Translations under genes and position numbers: made by a program | Shown here: positions 34,830-47,420 of the stretch, piece after piece | Position numbering within the stretch: the first letter of the stretch is position 1 | Layout: each line of letters starts with the position of its first letter | DNA from: Picochlorum sp. SENEW3 | Taxonomy: Eukaryota | DNA: 64,000 nucleotides | NCBI GenBank assembly: GCA_034226945.1 | Contig: CP120456.1 | Span: 496,001-560,000 of the forward strand | Reading direction: 5' to 3' | The notes under the pieces: model-generated | Told to the model about the DNA's origin: nothing | Databases searched by the model: none | Seen by the model: only the letters and a program-made list of their open reading frames with translations

Positions 34830-37303
34830 TCATAGCTTTGAATAAAGCCATTGTATGATAGTCTTGAAGGCATCGTTTGTCACGTTGGGTCCATAGTCAG
34901 AGAATGAGTTCTGGAAGTTGTAAATATATCTGCTCCAAATTTTCTGGATGTTATTCTGCATTCTTTCGATATCTTCCTTGCTAACGGCTAATAGAATATC
35001 AGGAAGCTTGGACATGTCTTGAAAAGAGACTCTTAAACTAAACTCCTCAATGCGCAACACAGTCTCAAAGTCTCCCAGGACATCGTCAATAATGATGACA
35101 GGTATGCACCCATGCATTACACTATCTTCAAATCTAGTTGTAAACCCTTCTCCCATCAACACAGGACAGAATATCGATCGATTCAAAAGCTCAGAGTACG
35201 TCAGAGTGATGTTCGGTGGATTACTTTCTCCAATATATATCTTGTACTTCTCCCACCAGCTTTCCTCTTTGCAGAGCTTGGTCAGATTTTGCCTCGATCC
35301 TCTCGAATACTTTGGAAGCCAATCCAACGTTCTTCCTTTGTGAGATGCGAGAAAATCTCTCTGCACTGGTGGTGAGTTCGAAACGAAAGGCGATCCAGCA
35401 AACTTGCCCTTGAAAAACATCTGTGGAATCACCAAATCCTTCTCTGGATCCACGCATTTTTCATATCCAATGAGGTTTCTCATACCCTTTGGTTGATAAA
35501 TTTTATCTTTTGCCTTTGTGTCAAACATATCCGGGCCATAACTTGTGAAACTGTGATTATTATATCCAGTATAGCCCCAGTGGGTCAGGATAATGGCATT
35601 TCTGAGGACTTTGGGCACCCAGCAACTACCTTCGTCATGAGGAGCCAGCTGCGCCAGAGAAAGTAATTTATGTATGCACGAGTCACAAAGAAAAATGACG
35701 ATATAATTTCAACGCACCAATATGTGATCTCTGCCGTTCTTCCTATCCCAGTAGGGATACATTCTTCGAATCCAGTGCTGGGCTTCATACATCATTGATG
35801 CTGCCATATACACACGAGCTGAGGCTCGAGGAGTATGATACGATGGAAAGTCATCGAAATTAGCCACAGGAAACTGCAAGCACGCCGTATACATTGGAAT
35901 ATAAAAGAAATCGGCTTCCTCTGGGTCTAGGGTTCTGTGGGGACTTTGCAAAAAGAGCTCATGCAATCCAGTTTCAGAGCAATATACATGGCCTTGGGGC
36001 ACAGATACGTTTGATGCGTCAAACGTCCGATGAACACATGACCCTGCATCAATCCTGTACTGTAGTATGGTTTGATCAAAAATTGGATCCATGTTGTACA
36101 CATATATAAGTGGACGCAGTCTTTTCCCACCAGATGGCAATTCGCTCCCTGGTATCCTTGCAAAATCTCGAATCCAAGGATCTATTTCTGTATCATCTGT
36201 TGATTTTATATACATCCCAGGTACCTTGTGTGCACAATCATGCCCATACCATCCTGCATCACATTTGCAAAACCCACTGATGCAGATCCCATGGCCTCCA
36301 CATTGATTAATGCAGAAGCTCTCTCTATTGAATTGACAAAATTCTCCAGCCAGTCCATCTGCAACGCAGGGGCATTTAAATTCTGGCGTATCAGCTTCGC
36401 ACCACCCATGAGGCCCAAGCAATTGCTCATATGTAGGCCGATCCTTGCTAGCAGGTGCAATGTTACCATGACTATCATTCCTTGGCTGACAATGCAAAGA
36501 AAGCTGACGCCCAGATTTTATTGGTGGTGTTCCAGGGATGGAACCAACAGGTGCCGGCACCCTTCCATACTTTGTGTGAGTTGGACAATAGCAGGTGCCA
36601 GTATCCCTATCACAATACCCAGCACATGCCCCACTGGTGCCATATCCAAGTGATATATTGAAAGGCTCATCATAAGGCTCAAACGACCCTGGTGTTCCAT
36701 ACCGTTGACTGCATGGCCTATTACGCCGAACGTCACACGCTGGACCACTCCAACCAGCAGGACACCGACAAACCCCAGTAGAATAGTCACACACCTGCAG
36801 AGACAGAAAAAGAGAAACAATTCTACGCGTCAGATCACTCCATGTACTTCCTGAATTGAAAAAAAGGTTATAAAAAGCAGTGCCCCTACCCCAACATGAT
36901 TACAATTCCATAGACATTCTTTCATCGGTTTCCCTTCTGTGTAACCCTTTTCTGCATTTGCAAATGGATCCTTCCACCTCATGGGCGTTTGTGCCTTCCA
37001 TGCCTTACACCACGTCCCTCGCGTCAAGTAACACTCTTCATCTTGATGCGACTTGCCAAACGGGTTGCTCAGAGAAACTCGTGGATAAAGACCCTTGATC
37101 AGTAAGGATGGGTTATGAGAGAGCACAAGCGTCCCGACCCCAAGATGGAGACCACCGTACAATAGCACTACTGATACCAGAATAAGTACTAAAAATAGAA
37201 TACATGTACTATTTAAAATACCCAATCTTTTCAGGCTATCATACGGGGAAATCCCATTCCCGGTACTCTGGTCGACCCGTCCCCCCTGTGCAGAAGCACA
37301 CAT
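34830..37303 (-). CDS. GT47 exostosin-family glycosyltransferase with EGF-like Cys-rich domains (3 exons)
   Basis: Introns 36889-36795 and 35717-35649 keep the frame. EGF motifs CRCPAGWSG and CKCDAGWYG. GT47 motifs RPLIYVY, RTLDPEEADFFYIP, GRDHI, SIFCP, GCIPVII. Confidence 0.88.
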
Positions 37304-37611
37304 GTCTAACAGACGTACTTCATACTGAGCTTGCACAAGATCAATTGCACTTGGCAATCTTGCATGAAAAACCTATGATATACATCGGCGTTCAACTCCC
37401 ATACACTGGCGATATGTGCTGGAAGGCCCATGTGTCTGAAGATGTCGAAGTCATCATTTCCCAATCCAGAGGGAACTGATTCCTTCTCAACTGATTCATG
37501 AGGTGATGGATGGTTGCAAAGCACGGTACGAATTAATTCGTACTATATATATATGAGTAGAACAATGTGTGTGTGATACGTTGATATCTATGGCTTCAGT
37601 TATACATGAAC

Positions 37612-38052
37612 TTAAATAGGCTGAACTTTAAAATGGGCATTGATCAAGGTCAATGCCATACATTTGACATCCTGAACAAGATGATAGAAATTCTTCAATC
37701 CCTCGGGATCTTTACTCGACTGCACCTGCACCATCGACCCTAACTTTGTCGTTGCAAAAGACACGTGATCATCCCCTTGCACAATCTCCAACTCCTGCCG
37801 ACCCTGCTCATCTGGCTCTGGCCAATTGGAATCATCTTCCTGTATAATTTCGCTATCCTCAAGAATCCTCCTCAGTTCATCTAGCACTGTCTGTGACACA
37901 TAAACTTCCTTTCTAATCATCGTATCATTCTTGTACCTCGAATTATTCGCATACCGCAGCTTTCCATCTGGTCGAAATTCCACTTCCATGAACTCATGGC
38001 CATGTCGTCCCTTATGGCCGACATAGTAGCGCAGATAAAAGGTATCACTCAT
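37612..38052 (-). CDS. MAGO: Mago nashi (exon junction complex)
   Basis: [34 protein letters not shown] and C-terminal HFKVQPI. Confidence 0.97.
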   Translation of the reverse strand: MSDTFYLRYYVGHKGRHGHEFMEVEFRPDGKLRYANNSRYKNDTMIRKEVYVSQTVLDELRRILEDSEIIQEDDSNWPEPDEQGRQELEIVQGDDHVSFATTKLGSMVQVQSSKDPEGLKNFYHLVQDVKCMALTLINAHFKVQPI

Positions 38053-38339
38053 ATCTCCATCACTTTGGTTTTATTTTTAATGATCTCGCTGTCGAATTCT
38101 CCACACACCTCTACGTTGTGCTGCATGGACATGGAACAAGACCAAAGTACTTCGGGATGGGATGCGCGCTCATGCCAATATGGATTGATTTGGGCCTGCT
38201 TTCTATGATACTTAGAACACAAATTAATTGAAAATATTGGAAGCAGCGGCCATCCTTCTCCCTCGTCTATTGACAAAGCAATTAACGTTACAAAAGAAGG
38301 ATTTAGACTTTGTGCACACGCATTGTGGTGGAAGTAACG

Positions 38340-41297
38340 ATGGATGAGGATTTATATGATGAGTTTGGGAATTATATAGGTCCAGAGTTGTCCGAGAGTG
38401 GTGGTGAGGAAGAGGAGGAGGCTGTGGTGGTGCATGGCCACGACCACGACCAGCTTGGAGGCCTTGTCGAGGGGGGTCAACTCGCTGTTGAGCAAGAGGA
38501 TGATGCGATGATGGTTGGGGAGGAGGAAGAGAATGCAATTGTGCTACATGAGGATAAAAAGTATTATCCTACTGCGGAAGAGACGTATGGTGTTGAGACA
38601 GAAACGCTTGTGCAAGAGGAGGATGCACAGCCTTTGGAGATTCCTATTATTGCCCCAATTGTGAAGAAGCAGATTGAAGTGGATGTGAAGGATGAGTACA
38701 AGGTGACGCCTTTGGTGAGTAGGGAATTTATGGTGGGGTTGAGTGATGCTCCAGAGCTGGTGAGGAATGTGGCAGTGATGGGACATTTGCATCATGGGAA
38801 AACGACCATGATGGATATGTTTGTTGAGCAGACACACGAGATTCCTGGCGCTGGATTTTTTGGTCCAGATAATCCGATGCGGTTTACTGACACACGGAGG
38901 GATGAGCAACAGAGAGGGGTGTCATTGAAAGCTGTTCCCATGACATTTGTGATGGAGGATTCTCGTGGGAAATCGTTTGCTATGAATATGATGGATTGTC
39001 CTGGACATCCTAATTTTTCTGATGAGACATGTGCGGCTGGTCGTTTGAGTGATGGGGTCGTGCTGGTGGTTGATGCGGCGGAGGGTGTGATGTTGAGCAC
39101 CAAGCAGGCCATTCAAATTGCAGCTGCAGAGGGGCTGTCTCTGGTGCTGGTGCTGTCGAAAGTGGATCGATTGATTGTTGAACTGAAGCTCCCTCCTGTT
39201 GATGCGTATTATAAAATTAGACATACGATTCAGGAGGTGAATGCATTGATTGCAACATCGTATGGGCCAGGTGCTGGTGTGGTGTTGAGTCCTGCAAAGG
39301 GGAACGTTGCATTCATGTCTGCCATGTACGGGTGGTCATTTACGTTGGAGTCTTTCGCGCAATTATATTGTGATATACATGCGTCTCCGATGAATCCAAA
39401 AGCGCTCGCTCAGAGACTGTGGGGAGATGTATGGTATGATCCTGAGACTCGTATGTTTAGGAAGAAACCTGCTGAGGGGTCCGGAGAGCGGTCTTTTGTT
39501 CAGTGGATTATGGAGCCAATGTATAAAATTTATTCACAGATACTTGGAGAGGATAGTAGTTCTGTTCGAGATATGGTCAGAGAAATGGGAGTTGAATTGC
39601 CTCATGAGGCATTTGATGCAGATGTCAAGCCATTATTGAAGACTGTCTTGTCGTCTGTGTTTGGATCCGCGTCAGGGATTGTGGATATGGTTGTCAAGCA
39701 TATACCATCCGCTGCATCTGGGACGTCTAGACTGGTCGACCTATGTTACACGGGTCCACACGATTCTGAGACTGTGAGACGGATGAAATTGTGTGATGCG
39801 ACAGGACCTTTATGTGTATATGTCTGCAAGATGTTTCCAAAGAGTGATTGTTCAGCATTTGATGCATTCGCGAGAGTCGTTAGTGGGACTATCAAAAATG
39901 GACAGAAGGTTAGAGTCTTAGGAGAATCATACTCTCCAGATGACGAGGAAGATAGTGTTGTTGCAACTGTGAGCAACTTGTGGAAGTACCAAGCCAGGTA
40001 CCGGGTGCCTGTTGAACAAGCTTCTGCAGGCAGTTGGATTCTCTTGGAAGGTCTCGATGACACTATATTTAAAACAGCGACTATTGTAGAGGAATTCACA
40101 GAGGAGGAAATCTACATCATGAAACCATTAAGACTGGAATCCAAAGCAGTTGTGAAGATTGCCACAGAACCACTCAATCCAGGCGAGCTTCCCAAGATGG
40201 TTGATGGCCTCAGAAAAGTAAACAGATCCTACCCTGCACTGACCACTAAAGTAGAGGAGAGTGGAGAGCATACCATTTTTGGAACGGGAGAATTGTACCT
40301 TGATTCGGCCATGAAGGACCTGAGAGAGCTTTTCAGTGATGTTGAGGTCAAGGTTGCTGACCCCGTCGTCTCCTTTTGCGAAACAGTAGTGGAAACCAGT
40401 AGTTTAAAATGTTTCTCTGAAACACCAAACAAAAAGAACAAGTTGACTGTCATAGCAGAACCTTTAGATCAAGGTCTTGCAGAGGATTTAGAAAAGGGCG
40501 CTGTATCAATTGATTGGTCGAAGAAAAAGATTGCTGGATTTTTCCAGGACTCGTACGATTGGGATGTCATGGCAGCCCGATCAGTATGGGCATTCGGTCC
40601 TGATGCAGTGGGACCAAACATCTTTTTGGATGACACGTTGCCTTCAGAAGTAGACAAATCCTTGGTGAATGCTATCAAGAGCAGTGTCGTACAAGGATTC
40701 CAATGGGGCGCTCGAGAAGGTCCTCTCTGCGACGAACCCATGCGAAGCGTTAAATTCAAGCTGACTGATGCTGTAGTTGCATCAGAGCTTCTTGCTCGAG
40801 GAGGTGGTCAGATTATTCCAACAGCCAGGAGGGTTTGTTACTCTGCCTTTTTGATGGCAAGCCCGCGACTGATGGAACCAGTATATTATGTGGAAATTCA
40901 GACCCCAGCCGACTGTATTTCTGCAATCTATGCCGTGCTTGCGAAACGAAGAGGACATGTGACAGCAGATGTTCCAAAGCCTGGAACACCCATATTCATT
41001 GTCCAAGCATTCCTTCCTGTCATGGACTCGTTTGGCTTTGAGACCGACATCCGAGTCCATACACAAGGCCAAGCATTTTGCTGCTCCACCTTTGATCATT
41101 GGCAAGTAGTCCCTGGGGATCCACTCGACAAGAATATAGTACTCCGCCCACTGGAACCAGCTCCCATGCAGTCCCTTGCCCGTGATTTTATGGTCAAGAC
41201 TCGGAGGAGAAAAGGAATGACTGATGATGTCAGTGTCACCAAATACTTTGACGACCCCATGCTTTTGGATATGATTCACAGCGAGGATGACATATAA
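38340..41297 (+). CDS. SNU114: U5 snRNP 116-kDa GTPase SNU114/EFTUD2
   Basis: MDEDLYDEFGNYIGPEL, VLHEDKKYYP, GHLHHGKT, RGGGQIIPTARR, KTRRRKG. Confidence 0.97.
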   Translation: MDEDLYDEFGNYIGPELSESGGEEEEEAVVVHGHDHDQLGGLVEGGQLAVEQEDDAMMVGEEEENAIVLHEDKKYYPTAEETYGVETETLVQEEDAQPLEIPIIAPIVKKQIEVDVKDEYKVTPLVSREFMVGLSDAPELVRNVAVMGHLHHGKTTMMDMFVEQTHEIPGAGFFGPDNPMRFTDTRRDEQQRGVSLKAVPMTFVMEDSRGKSFAMNMMDCPGHPNFSDETCAAGRLSDGVVLVVDAAEGVMLSTKQAIQIAAAEGLSLVLVLSKVDRLIVELKLPPVDAYYKIRHTIQEVNALIATSYGPGAGVVLSPAKGNVAFMSAMYGWSFTLESFAQLYCDIHASPMNPKALAQRLWGDVWYDPETRMFRKKPAEGSGERSFVQWIMEPMYKIYSQILGEDSSSVRDMVREMGVELPHEAFDADVKPLLKTVLSSVFGSASGIVDMVVKHIPSAASGTSRLVDLCYTGPHDSETVRRMKLCDATGPLCVYVCKMFPKSDCSAFDAFARVVSGTIKNGQKVRVLGESYSPDDEEDSVVATVSNLWKYQARYRVPVEQASAGSWILLEGLDDTIFKTATIVEEFTEEEIYIMKPLRLESKAVVKIATEPLNPGELPKMVDGLRKVNRSYPALTTKVEESGEHTIFGTGELYLDSAMKDLRELFSDVEVKVADPVVSFCETVVETSSLKCFSETPNKKNKLTVIAEPLDQGLAEDLEKGAVSIDWSKKKIAGFFQDSYDWDVMAARSVWAFGPDAVGPNIFLDDTLPSEVDKSLVNAIKSSVVQGFQWGAREGPLCDEPMRSVKFKLTDAVVASELLARGGGQIIPTARRVCYSAFLMASPRLMEPVYYVEIQTPADCISAIYAVLAKRRGHVTADVPKPGTPIFIVQAFLPVMDSFGFETDIRVHTQGQAFCCSTFDHWQVVPGDPLDKNIVLRPLEPAPMQSLARDFMVKTRRRKGMTDDVSVTKYFDDPMLLDMIHSEDDI

Positions 41298-41331
41298 ATA
41301 GCAGACAAATACTTTACAAACACAATATAAT

Positions 41332-41863
41332 TTATTTGCTTGGATCTCTAAACCCAGTCAATCGACTCCAACTATTCTGATATGCAAGCAAAAACCCAGC
41401 AACTCCTCCCAGCATACTCGCCATCACCGCTGTCGGTCTACCCAAATTTCCAGACAACCTCGCAAATGGCGGACTAGGATTCCCAGCAGCAGCATATCCC
41501 ACTGGATACCCCACTGCTGTCAGACCCCCAACAATGGTCCAGTCCCTCACTGTGTAGTTTCCAACTGCAAACCACAATAGATACTAAATTAGCATACGAT
41601 CGTACTACTAGTGATAATCCATCCACGATGGCTGGCCAGTGAAAAACAGAGAGAGAAAATGAGAAAATTCATGACTCGACTTGTCCAGACCATATGGACT
41701 CCATCAACGCCATCAGCCACCATTCTGGTCATATATGTGACAATCTTCAACGATCAAACTCCATGCGCGGATGGCAGGGGTGTATTTGCAACGCACCTGT
41801 CTGCCAAAACCCCGGGGCTTTATCGACGACCGGATACGAGGGCTCTGTGAATATTTTCCCCAT
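41332..41863 (-). CDS. Mitochondrial complex I 20.9-kDa/NUXM-like subunit (2 exons)
   Basis: Exon 1 MGKIFTEPSYPVVDKAPGFWQT, intron 41796-41565, exon 2 ending GFLLAYQNSWSRLTGF. Confidence 0.8.
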
Positions 41864-42081
41864 GGTAGTCTTTACATACACATTAATTATATCAATGTAA
41901 GGAATGGTGTGCCATTTTTGGCACATGGCGGATTGCATCGGCCAGTATTCGTACGTACATGCATTCTTGCCTCCCCAGGGCGTAAGTGCAAGCTTGCAAG
42001 TGCTCCACGTGGACTCTAAAAAAGGAGTGGATTCATTCCTTTCTCTTCATTCATTTACGAGTGTTGCGTGCTCATATCATG

Positions 42082-43146
42082 CTATTCAGGATGTTTTTTG
42101 CTTTTATGCAGCAGCAGTGTTTCTTCCAAGTATGTCGTTCCCTTGTTCAAGTATCGCAATTGCCTGAGCAGGATGCTTGTTCCACCTAGACAAGCAGCAA
42201 GGGACGAAATCAGTACATCTATCCATACGATATCTTCAAATTCCGAGGTATAGCAGATCCAATTCTTCATAAAAAGATACAGTCGCAGAATATATACAGA
42301 AGGATACCTACTATCTCTACCAAGATGGAATCGCCATGCTGCAACATAATGACTCACAAGTACTCTTCTGTGCACCCAGAAATACGCCACGGATGCCATC
42401 GATGATATTCCAGAGCCAATAACCAAAGATATGAGAAAATATACGAAATATGACATGGTCTCGCGACCAATACACGTGTTTCCAGTGTATACACAGTGAT
42501 GGTCTAGCTCCAGAATGCATGTCCCACATCTACGGCAATGATGCGCCTGCGGCGGTTTCAACGCATCGCACACATGACACCATTGATATCCTATGCATCC
42601 CTGCTTGGTATCAATCCTCGTGGGCACCCTGCCTGGATGGTGAAGCACAACAGTCCAATACAGAATGATTGTGGCACTATAGAGCCCTAATGCAATGCAT
42701 TGAATAGCCACCATGATGGTATACATGGTACCTGGACTTCTCACGTGTGTAATTTGAAATACAAGTCCAGGGAATATCACGAATACGTTACCCAGAAACA
42801 CTGCAGTCACCTGCAGTGTCACAAAGCTTGAAAAAACTATTCCAATCAAACGCTGCAATACACTCTTCTTCCACCTTGAATGACCCTGCGACATCTTCTC
42901 CAATCTAGACAGAGTTTGATAACAATCTGCCATGTGATGTCCAACCATATCTTGTATCCAGGCTGCATCCAACAGTGCTCCACATGCCTCACAGTTGACC
43001 ATTGGCAACAGGCTCTCCCACCGCCTGCCCTTCGCGTCCACCACAAGGCTACATTCAAGGGTATTTATAGTGCTCTGACATAACCAACAGGGACAAACGA
43101 TTGACTTGAGCGTTTCTTCGTCATTCCCCATGTCTCTACATGGCAC
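42082..43146 (-). CDS. DHHC palmitoyltransferase
   Basis: CHVCDALKPPQAHHCRRCGTCILELDHHC with flanking TM helices. Confidence 0.92.
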   Translation of the reverse strand: MPCRDMGNDEETLKSIVCPCWLCQSTINTLECSLVVDAKGRRWESLLPMVNCEACGALLDAAWIQDMVGHHMADCYQTLSRLEKMSQGHSRWKKSVLQRLIGIVFSSFVTLQVTAVFLGNVFVIFPGLVFQITHVRSPGTMYTIMVAIQCIALGLYSATIILYWTVVLHHPGRVPTRIDTKQGCIGYQWCHVCDALKPPQAHHCRRCGTCILELDHHCVYTGNTCIGRETMSYFVYFLISLVIGSGISSMASVAYFWVHRRVLVSHYVAAWRFHLGRDSRYPSVYILRLYLFMKNWICYTSEFEDIVWIDVLISSLAACLGGTSILLRQLRYLNKGTTYLEETLLLHKSKKHPE

Positions 43147-43564
43147 TTGTGAAATCCGAGTGAGTTTGTGTCACATTCTCTATCTATCAGTCATATTCAG
43201 ATGCATAGACATTTTTGACATATTTTTTCATACTTGAGAGAAAAGAACCATGTGTTTGTGAGGAGAAAACGAGGTGGCTCTTTTGAAAGGGCTCAATTCT
43301 CCCTATTTCAATATATAAAAATAAAAATAATCGTTCTCCAGGCTGCAGCGACATCCATCACTGCCCTTGTACAGAGTCTTTGAGCGGCATGGCGGCTCCT
43401 CACTCCTCTCTCCCAAAGCCCAAAGCACCCAAAGCACATCGATCACTCCCATCCTCCCTTGTGAAATTTATAATATCGACATATTAATAGGAAGAAACAT
43501 CCTGTTAGTGCCTAGGCTTAAATATCTTTCAGGAGTACTTCAATTCACGACTTGACGAAGAACA

Positions 43565-44055
43565 ATGTCCAACTCTGAACTCGCCTGCGTCTATGCCGCT
43601 TTGATCCTCCACGATGATGGTGTGGATATCACTGTACGTTTACTTATTTGTATACGCTAAAGCAGCAGGGGCTGTATGCATGTTTTCCGAGTCTGCTGCC
43701 GTCGGCGCCGTGGAGGCTTGGTTTGCCTACAGCGCTGTATTCTCCTATATAATCTGCGGAATTGAATTTCACAATATTTATCATGTGATATATGCAGGCT
43801 GATAACATCTCTACCATTGTCAAGGCTGCTGGAGTCGAGGTTGAGAGCTACTGGCCAGTTCTTTTCGCAAGACTCGCCGAGAAGAAGAACCTTGATGACT
43901 TGATCACCAATGTTGGAGCTGGAGGAGGAGTTGTGGTTGCTGGTGGAGCCGGAGGTGCTGGTGCCGCCGCTGGAGGAGATGCCGGTGCTGCAGCTGCTGA
44001 GGAGCCAGAGGAGGAAGAGGAGGATGAGGACATGGGATTCTCTTTGTTCGACTAA
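43565..44055 (+). CDS. RPLP1: 60S acidic ribosomal protein P1 (2 exons)
   Basis: Exon 1 [23 protein letters not shown], intron 43634-43797, C-terminus [13 protein letters not shown]. Confidence 0.96.
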
Positions 44056-44139
44056 ATGCGAGAATATTGTATAGGAAGAAATTCTTGTATGTCAATATAA
44101 ACTATATTCTGGTGTAAGAAGAACAAACAGAGGAAAAGA

Positions 44140-45264
44140 TCAGTTTGGTTTGGCACCAAACACACGCTGCTTGACCTGTTCCAAGGTCACAAACATGACA
44201 ACGTTCCACGTTCCTAATCTGGCAAAATTTGGGCCGAACCCATTGTAGAAGGCCATGATACCGTCCTTCTTTGCGGTCTGTACAAAAGCATCCATCATTC
44301 CTGAATACATTCCTGCTGGAGCACCCATCATTCGACTCTTCACGACATCTACAGGGGAGCCAACGCATACAGCGACAAAACCAGCACCCAAAGAAGATGC
44401 AACATGACAATACAGATTATCTTTGAAAGCTCCGCTGCCCAGCAATGTTTGCTTGATTTGATCATAGGATGCCAACTCGGCAGCATTGATCAATGCATTT
44501 CTGGCAATATTTGGGCCAAGCCCGGTCCACAATGCTCCCAACCCTTCCTCTTTGATAATGATTGAGTATGCTGATACAGCAGATGGATACTTTTTGGGCA
44601 CTTGTTTTCCCTGGGACTGCATCCGTACCTTGACCAGATCAGTTGGACTTGCTATAGTAATGCCAATAGCCCCTGAAAGGAGACCAGAGGCAATTTTCAC
44701 ACCGAGCGAATCACCTCCTGCAATACTAGTACAGAATGATTTCACAGGATCGTATAATCCAATGCGAAGTCCTCCATAGATCACTTGTCGCTGCAATCCA
44801 GGGCCCAGTCCTTTCCACAGTGCCCCAGACCCCTCCTCTCGTGCAACAGTCATACATGTCCCAATCAAACCTTTATATTTTGGAGCCGCATCCTTCTTTT
44901 GTAACTGCAGCAGCACCTTGGCAGTGTCCAGAGGAAGACTGATAATCTGAAAACAATTCCATGATGATGATGAGGGTTCATAGTGGTAGTATGGTCGTAG
45001 TAGTAAGACGAGTGTGCCACAAGCGATCGATTTGATCGATACGCTGATGATATTATTCAATCATGCTTGCTTATATTACATCTAAGATGTATCAGATCCC
45101 GCGATCAGCCATAGTAGGGTAGGTTTGTTGTTCGCGAGACGAGCACATGTCAATCTGGTAGACATGTGTGATATGCTACGACGCACCTCAGCTGTACATG
45201 CTGCGATCGCACTGCTGGCAAAGGTTTGAGGAAATGGTAGACTACTGCTTCCAGATGGTGCCAT
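44140..45264 (-). CDS. UCP: Mitochondrial uncoupling protein (SLC25 carrier), 2 exons
   Basis: Exon 1 ending SSAIAACTAE, intron 45186-44947. PLDTAKV, GLRIGLYDPVK, PTDLVKVR, NAAELASYDQ, PVDVVKSR. Confidence 0.9.
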
Positions 45265-45619
45265 TGTGCTGGAAAAGAAACGAATATTTACTGTGTCTAA
45301 ACGATCCAGGTCGTCAGGGGTTTTGATTCCGCGGGGGCGCCCAAAATATCATAGGCCATTCCGTAATAAAATAACGGGGCATGCATTCTCAGTCTCACGT
45401 CCTCGCATCCTGAGACCCAGTGTCCGTATTTTACATATTTTTGCATTAGAAGGTCTACTGTAGATTCCATTCAACGTTCGTCAGAGCCTTGGCGTGGACG
45501 ATATTAGACAGGAGTGGTTGTTGTGGTGTTTCAAATTTCAATCACCGACGACTGGCGAGTCTAGGCACGCGCCATTGTGTCATTGAAGGTCTTTTAAAAT
45601 AAAAGTAGGGCACAAAACT

Positions 45620-47106
45620 ATGCCCAAGTCTTCGGGACGGCAGCGTCGGGGGACGATCAATAATACCACCACTATGAATACCAGACCAGGACAGGCTGAT
45701 GATGGCGACGCTGTCAAGTCTATCGCTGTGGGGGATTTTGTGGATGTGACGAATGCTGAGCCAGAGGTAGCAAGACATGTATTGGAGGCTCATGGGTGGG
45801 ATGTGGATGAGGCAGTGTCGTTTTACTTGGAGACTGGAGGGGTGGGGTATCAACAACAGACTGGGGAGCAGGCAGAGGAGGAGAATGGAAACCAGATGGA
45901 GGTGGATGGGAGGCACCAGAGAAGCAATGGTACACGGCGGAGTCGAGGAGCGTCTCATCCGATTGTGGTACGACTTTGTCTTTTTTCAATGGTTTTATCT
46001 CTGTGTATATGGCATTCTTGCTGGTATGAATCTCTTCTTCTTGCATCTCACATTCATGGGTCATGTGCAGATTGAGGAGGACGGTGAGGAGGTTGTGGAC
46101 CTCCAAGATGACGACGAGGATGATATCGAAGAAGAAGAAGAAGAAGAAAATGATGACGACTGGGAAGAGGACGAGGATGAGCAGGATGAAGAGGAGAACC
46201 TGAGAACGTTGGCATCCCTCCGTTCCAGAAGAAGATCAGCTGCCGACGTGAATTATCAAGAAGACACTGATGATGATGATGATGATATGGAGATCGAAGA
46301 TGATGCATATGGGGACGAAGAAGAGCGGTTCAAGTACGGAAGGCGGAGTAGAAGAGGACATCGGCGCAGTCTGAGACGGGTGCAGCAACCATCACAGCCC
46401 ACTGCCACTATGGACGCCCAGGTCCCTGACGATATCTTACGCATGCCGGATGTGAACGTCGAAGAACAAAAGATGCTTTTAGCAGCGCTCACAGGACAAG
46501 CGTATGAGGGTGATCTACCGACACAGTTCACCCCATCATCAGCACGCCCCTTGTCCCCAGGAGCAATAGAACGCCGCATGTTGCGAGAGGAGCAAGATCT
46601 AGCTCTCAAAGAATCCTTGGAGAGAGATAAAGAAAAACAGAGGCAGCAAGAAATAGAAAAGATCAGAGAATTGGAGCGAGAGGAATCCGAACGATTGGAA
46701 AAAGAGGCACAGGAGCGCCAACTGAATGAAACCTTGGAGACGAAAAAAATGCGTCTACCCGAAGAACCCCAAGAAAACCAGGATGGATGTTTCGTTCTAG
46801 TCATAAGAATGCCTAATGGATCGAGATTAAAACGAAGATTTTCAAAGAAGGATAGTATCCAGTCAGCATTCGACTTTGTCGATGTCGAAGGAGGTGCCAC
46901 AGATGTTCTTCCAGGAACATATAATCTTGTATCTCAGGTACGCAATTCGATCACATACCGTATCCTCATCTGACACACATTTTTATTCATGCTCTATATC
47001 ATTGCAGTTCCCAAGAAAAGTGTATGGCCATACCCATCAAGGTACATTTGAAGATTCTGACTTTACCCACAAGCAAGAGGCTCTATTCGTGGAACGTGTA
47101 CATTAA
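45620..47106 (+). CDS. UBA-like/UBX domain protein (PUX family), 3 exons
   Basis: N-terminal ARHVLEAHGWDVDEAV, acidic tract, UBX motif IRMPNGSRLKRRF...FPRK. Introns 45968-46070 and 46938-47007. Confidence 0.85.
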
Positions 47107-47420
47107 AGATCAGAACAGCCTTCGATTTTGATATCATCAAATTACTATTTCAACCATTTGAAATACATATATGTAGTAATTATTCATAACTCAACGACAC
47201 ACTTGCAAGCTTTTGTAGCTAATCCCGTGCGTGAATTCAATTTTCAAATTGAAAACCTAAAACCCTTGATGGGATACTGTATGATCATCTTGGACAGTGT
47301 TTCATGCATTAGATGACAAATATATACATATTATATGCGCAGGGAAGCAGAAGCCCTCCAAAACTCGGTGATTTCAGGGACTGATAGGCAAAAAGCCTCT
47401 TCTTTTCTTTTTCGAAGCGC

